Shown here in pieces: positions 61,204 to 64,000 of a stretch of DNA of 64,000 nucleotides. Position numbers and translations under genes: made by a program. Source of the stretch: Balamuthia mandrillaris (taxonomy: Eukaryota); NCBI GenBank assembly GCA_031835245.2, contig JAVKOQ020000076.1, positions 1 to 64,000 of the forward strand. Direction: 5' to 3'. How positions within the stretch are numbered: position 1 is the stretch's first letter; each line of letters starts with the position of its first letter. The notes under the pieces are model-generated. The model made no database searches, was not told the DNA's origin, and worked only from the letters and a program-made list of their open reading frames with translations.

Positions 61204-61480
61204 GGAGAGAGGGAGAGAGGAGAGAGAGAGGAGAGAGGAGAGAGAGAGAGAGAGAGAGAGGAGAGAGGAGAGAGGAGAGAGGAGAGAGCAGAGAGGAGAG
61301 AGCAGAGAGCAGAGAGCAGAGAGCAGAGAGCAGAGAGCAGAGAGAGAAGCGGAGAGAGAGGGAGAGAGAGAGGGAGAGGAGAGAGGAGAGAGGAGAGAGG
61401 AGAGAGGAGAGAGGAGAGAGGAGAGAGGAGAGAGGAGAGAGGAGAGAGCAGAGAGGAGAGAGCAGAGAGGAGAAAAGAGA
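60930..61480. repeat. ~550 bp GA-rich polypurine satellite ((GA)n, (GAGAGAG/GCAGAGA)n)
   Basis: Direct inspection. Confidence 0.95.
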
Positions 61481-61762
61481 AGAGATAAGCGTCGTCGACT
61501 GTCCGTGGTCAGCACATCTTGAGCTGTAGTGGTGCTGTGCATTGCTGATAAATAACGACGAAAAAAAAAAAAAGAAGCAGAACGACGATAGCCCCGACCT
61601 TCTTTTTTTTTTTCTTTTCCCTCTCTCCTCTTTTCTCTTCTTCTTTCTGCTGACCCACCAGGTATGGTACAAGTTCTTGTTTGTTTTTTGTTAGAAATAT
61701 CTTTTGATGTGATTGATGAAAAATTTGACTGTTGAAATAAAAAAATATAACACAGATCAAAT

Positions 61763-64000
61763 ATGAGTAACTCTTTAAAGCTTCCTCCTCCTCTTCCTCC
61801 TCCTCGTCGTTCTTCATACGCTTTTAAAGAAGAGCATGAACAAGAAGAAAATGCCAACGATGTAGATCAAAAACAACAACAACATGGGGAAGACAGTCTG
61901 AAGTCAGCTGAAACAAGCCTGAGGAAAGCGAGGTCGAGGAAGCAGCTGCGCCGACGACTGACCGCTCTGTCGATGCAGTTGATGGACATTCATAGGGAAC
62001 TCGCCCTTTCCTCTCAATACGAGGAGGAGGAGGAGGAAAGCGACTCCTCCTCCGTTGAAAATGGAGAAGAAGACGAGGACGAAGAGTTTCCGATCAAAGA
62101 AGAAGACGACGATGATGAAACAGAAGAAGAGGAGGAGGAAGTCGTTCTAGTGGATGAAAAGAAGAATGATAAGCAGGAGCAGAAAAGAGAGAAGAAGGGA
62201 AGGAGAAAGAAGAAAGGTGAAACGCAAAGAACTACGATTCTTTGGGATTGGGGAGGAGAGGAGCAGCTCTCTGATGAGGAGTACAGAGAAGAAGCCGGTT
62301 GGGTCTTTCCCACCACTGTCATTCCCATTTCTTCTTCTTCCTCTTCTTCCAAAGCGCTGAAGACAACAAGAACAACGAGTAGAAGGAGAGAGGAGGACGA
62401 GGAAGAGACGGAAGATACGACCGAAGAGAGAACCGAAGAGACAGAATACACGGAAGAGACAGAGGGAGAAGAGGAAGAGGAAGAGGATGACAGCGACGTA
62501 GAAGGCGATAGAGCACAGGACCAGAAAGTCTCTACCGCCACAAACAGTTCTTCCAAAGAGAACAACAACAACGATCCAAAGTCGGCTAATGTGAAGGAGG
62601 GCAGCAAGAGGACAAAAGACAAATGGAAGACTCTGATTCTTGGGGGCACCCGCAAGGCCATCGGCTCCTCCTCTCGTTCTCCCTCGTTGGCCGTTCTTCC
62701 CAAGAGAAAGCACAGAGAGAGGGGAGAGAGGAGCTCCTCCAAATCGAGCAAAGATAGCAACAACAGTCGAGCCGAGGCCGAGAGAAAAAAGACATCGGCC
62801 TCTCCACCAAGAAAACGGGCTAGCTCCGCTGCCACCGCTTTCTATGGCGGGGCTGCTGGCTCCTCCGCCTCCTCTCCCTCTTTGTCTTGTGCTCTCGCCG
62901 AAGAAGAGAGTGGAGCTACCGCAACAAGGGTTACAAAATCCTTGGAAGAAGGAGAGGACAGAAACCAGAAGACGAAAAAGCTGTTGCAGGCTGTCAGCGG
63001 AGAGTCCAGCCAACGCAACAAAGTTTTGTTGCAACAAGGACGAAGCACTTCCGGGGTGATTGTACCTCCGTCGCCATCTGCACCAACATCCACTTCCACA
63101 GGCTCACCAATCCTGCATCCTCCGCACAAAGATCTTCCTCCTCCTGTGAACGATCCTTTGATAATGAACGTTTCGATGAGAAAGGACTCTGGAGGACTCA
63201 AAACGCAACCGCAATCCCCTCAGCAGCAACAACAACAGCACAGCCAACTGCGCAGTGCGTTACAAAGCGAAGCGACGATGATTGAGTATAGAGAGAAGAA
63301 GATTGGCCATTACGATGGTCACTACCATCCTGTTTACAAGAAGGTACCTTTCTTGCTTCTCCCTTCATCCCTCTTTGTTCCTTTGTCGTCGTTTGCGTTT
63401 TCTCACCTTTCTTTTTTCCTCTCTTAAGCATGGCATCGGTAGGTTCGAATACGAAGGAGGAGCCGTCTATGAAGGGCAGTGGCGTCACAACGAACGCCAC
63501 GGCTACGGCAGCCTGCAATACGAAACCGGAGAGAAGTATCAAGGCCAATGGCATGACGATCTAAAGCACGGCAATGGTATTTGCGTTTGGCGCAACGGCG
63601 ACGTTTACGAAGGTCAATGGAGCAACAACATGGTTGTTTACCTCTTGCTTTACCTTCGTTTTTTTCTTGCTTATTTTCTTGCTCGTTTGCGACCTTCTAA
63701 CCGCCTTTGCTCGCTGTTCTTGTTTGTTCTGTTTTGCTGTTCGGTTTCTCTACTTATCTCTTGCAGAGAAATGGAGAAGGCATATATAAGAAGCAAGGAC
63801 TGTATACATTTGCTTCCCAATGGAAAGACGATTGGCCTTGTGGCGTTGGTAAGATTGACAGTGTGGCTGGACATGTGTACATAGGAGAGGTTCTTCCGTG
63901 CCCCGAAGGTTTCTCTCTCTCACTCTCTCACACACATACTTATAACGACCAATGGCTTTAACAATTGCTCATTGACAGGCCCAAAGAAGGCAGCTAAATA
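61763..64000 (+). CDS. MORN-repeat protein with long acidic/Ser-rich N-terminus, 3'-truncated by window edge
   Basis: HGIGRFEYEGGAVYEGQWRHNERHGYG...YQGQWHDDLKHGNG...GDVYEGQW after intron ~63344-63428. Confidence 0.8.

Noticed and set aside
60855..61857. Several 190-330 aa ORFs over the GA tract (and similar ORFs at 4801-5927, 34971-35603, 47577-48067, 52422-53051)
   Set aside because: Stop-free artefacts of microsatellites; translations are pure low complexity

Overview
Compact, intron-rich eukaryotic genomic DNA. Gene content, short GT-AG introns packed with CT/TTC microsatellites and A-rich 5' UTRs suggest a free-living amoebozoan of the Acanthamoeba/Balamuthia type (inference, no search run). 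About 25 protein-coding genes, mostly arranged head-to-head/tail-to-tail: Frizzled-like GPCR (partial), PRMT5, MMAA, TCP1, a transmembrane protein ending in a beta-adaptin ear-like domain, a ~1870 aa coiled-coil protein, Pinin, CFDP1/Swc5, an APH/EcKL-like kinase, an F-box-like ankyrin protein, two tandem SDRs, NOP58, a lid-less Hsp70, a hypothetical protein, DENND6, a PH/coiled-coil protein, USP5/13, GRIPAP1-like, Kelch, Arf, PRELI, OXLD1-like, calmodulin-like, Sel1-repeat and MORN-repeat (partial) genes, plus pseudogene fragments. The most striking unexplained signal is a tandem pair of ~104 nt, tRNA-shaped non-coding RNA candidates (6265-6368 and 6526-6628), each with a CCCATAA element at about -70, TTCAAAG at about -35 and an oligo-T terminator. 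Other highlights: a TGTCGACA palindrome concentrated in promoters, frequent AAG 3' splice sites, and a membrane-anchored adaptin-ear protein. All homology calls are from motif recognition by eye; exon boundaries were read manually.
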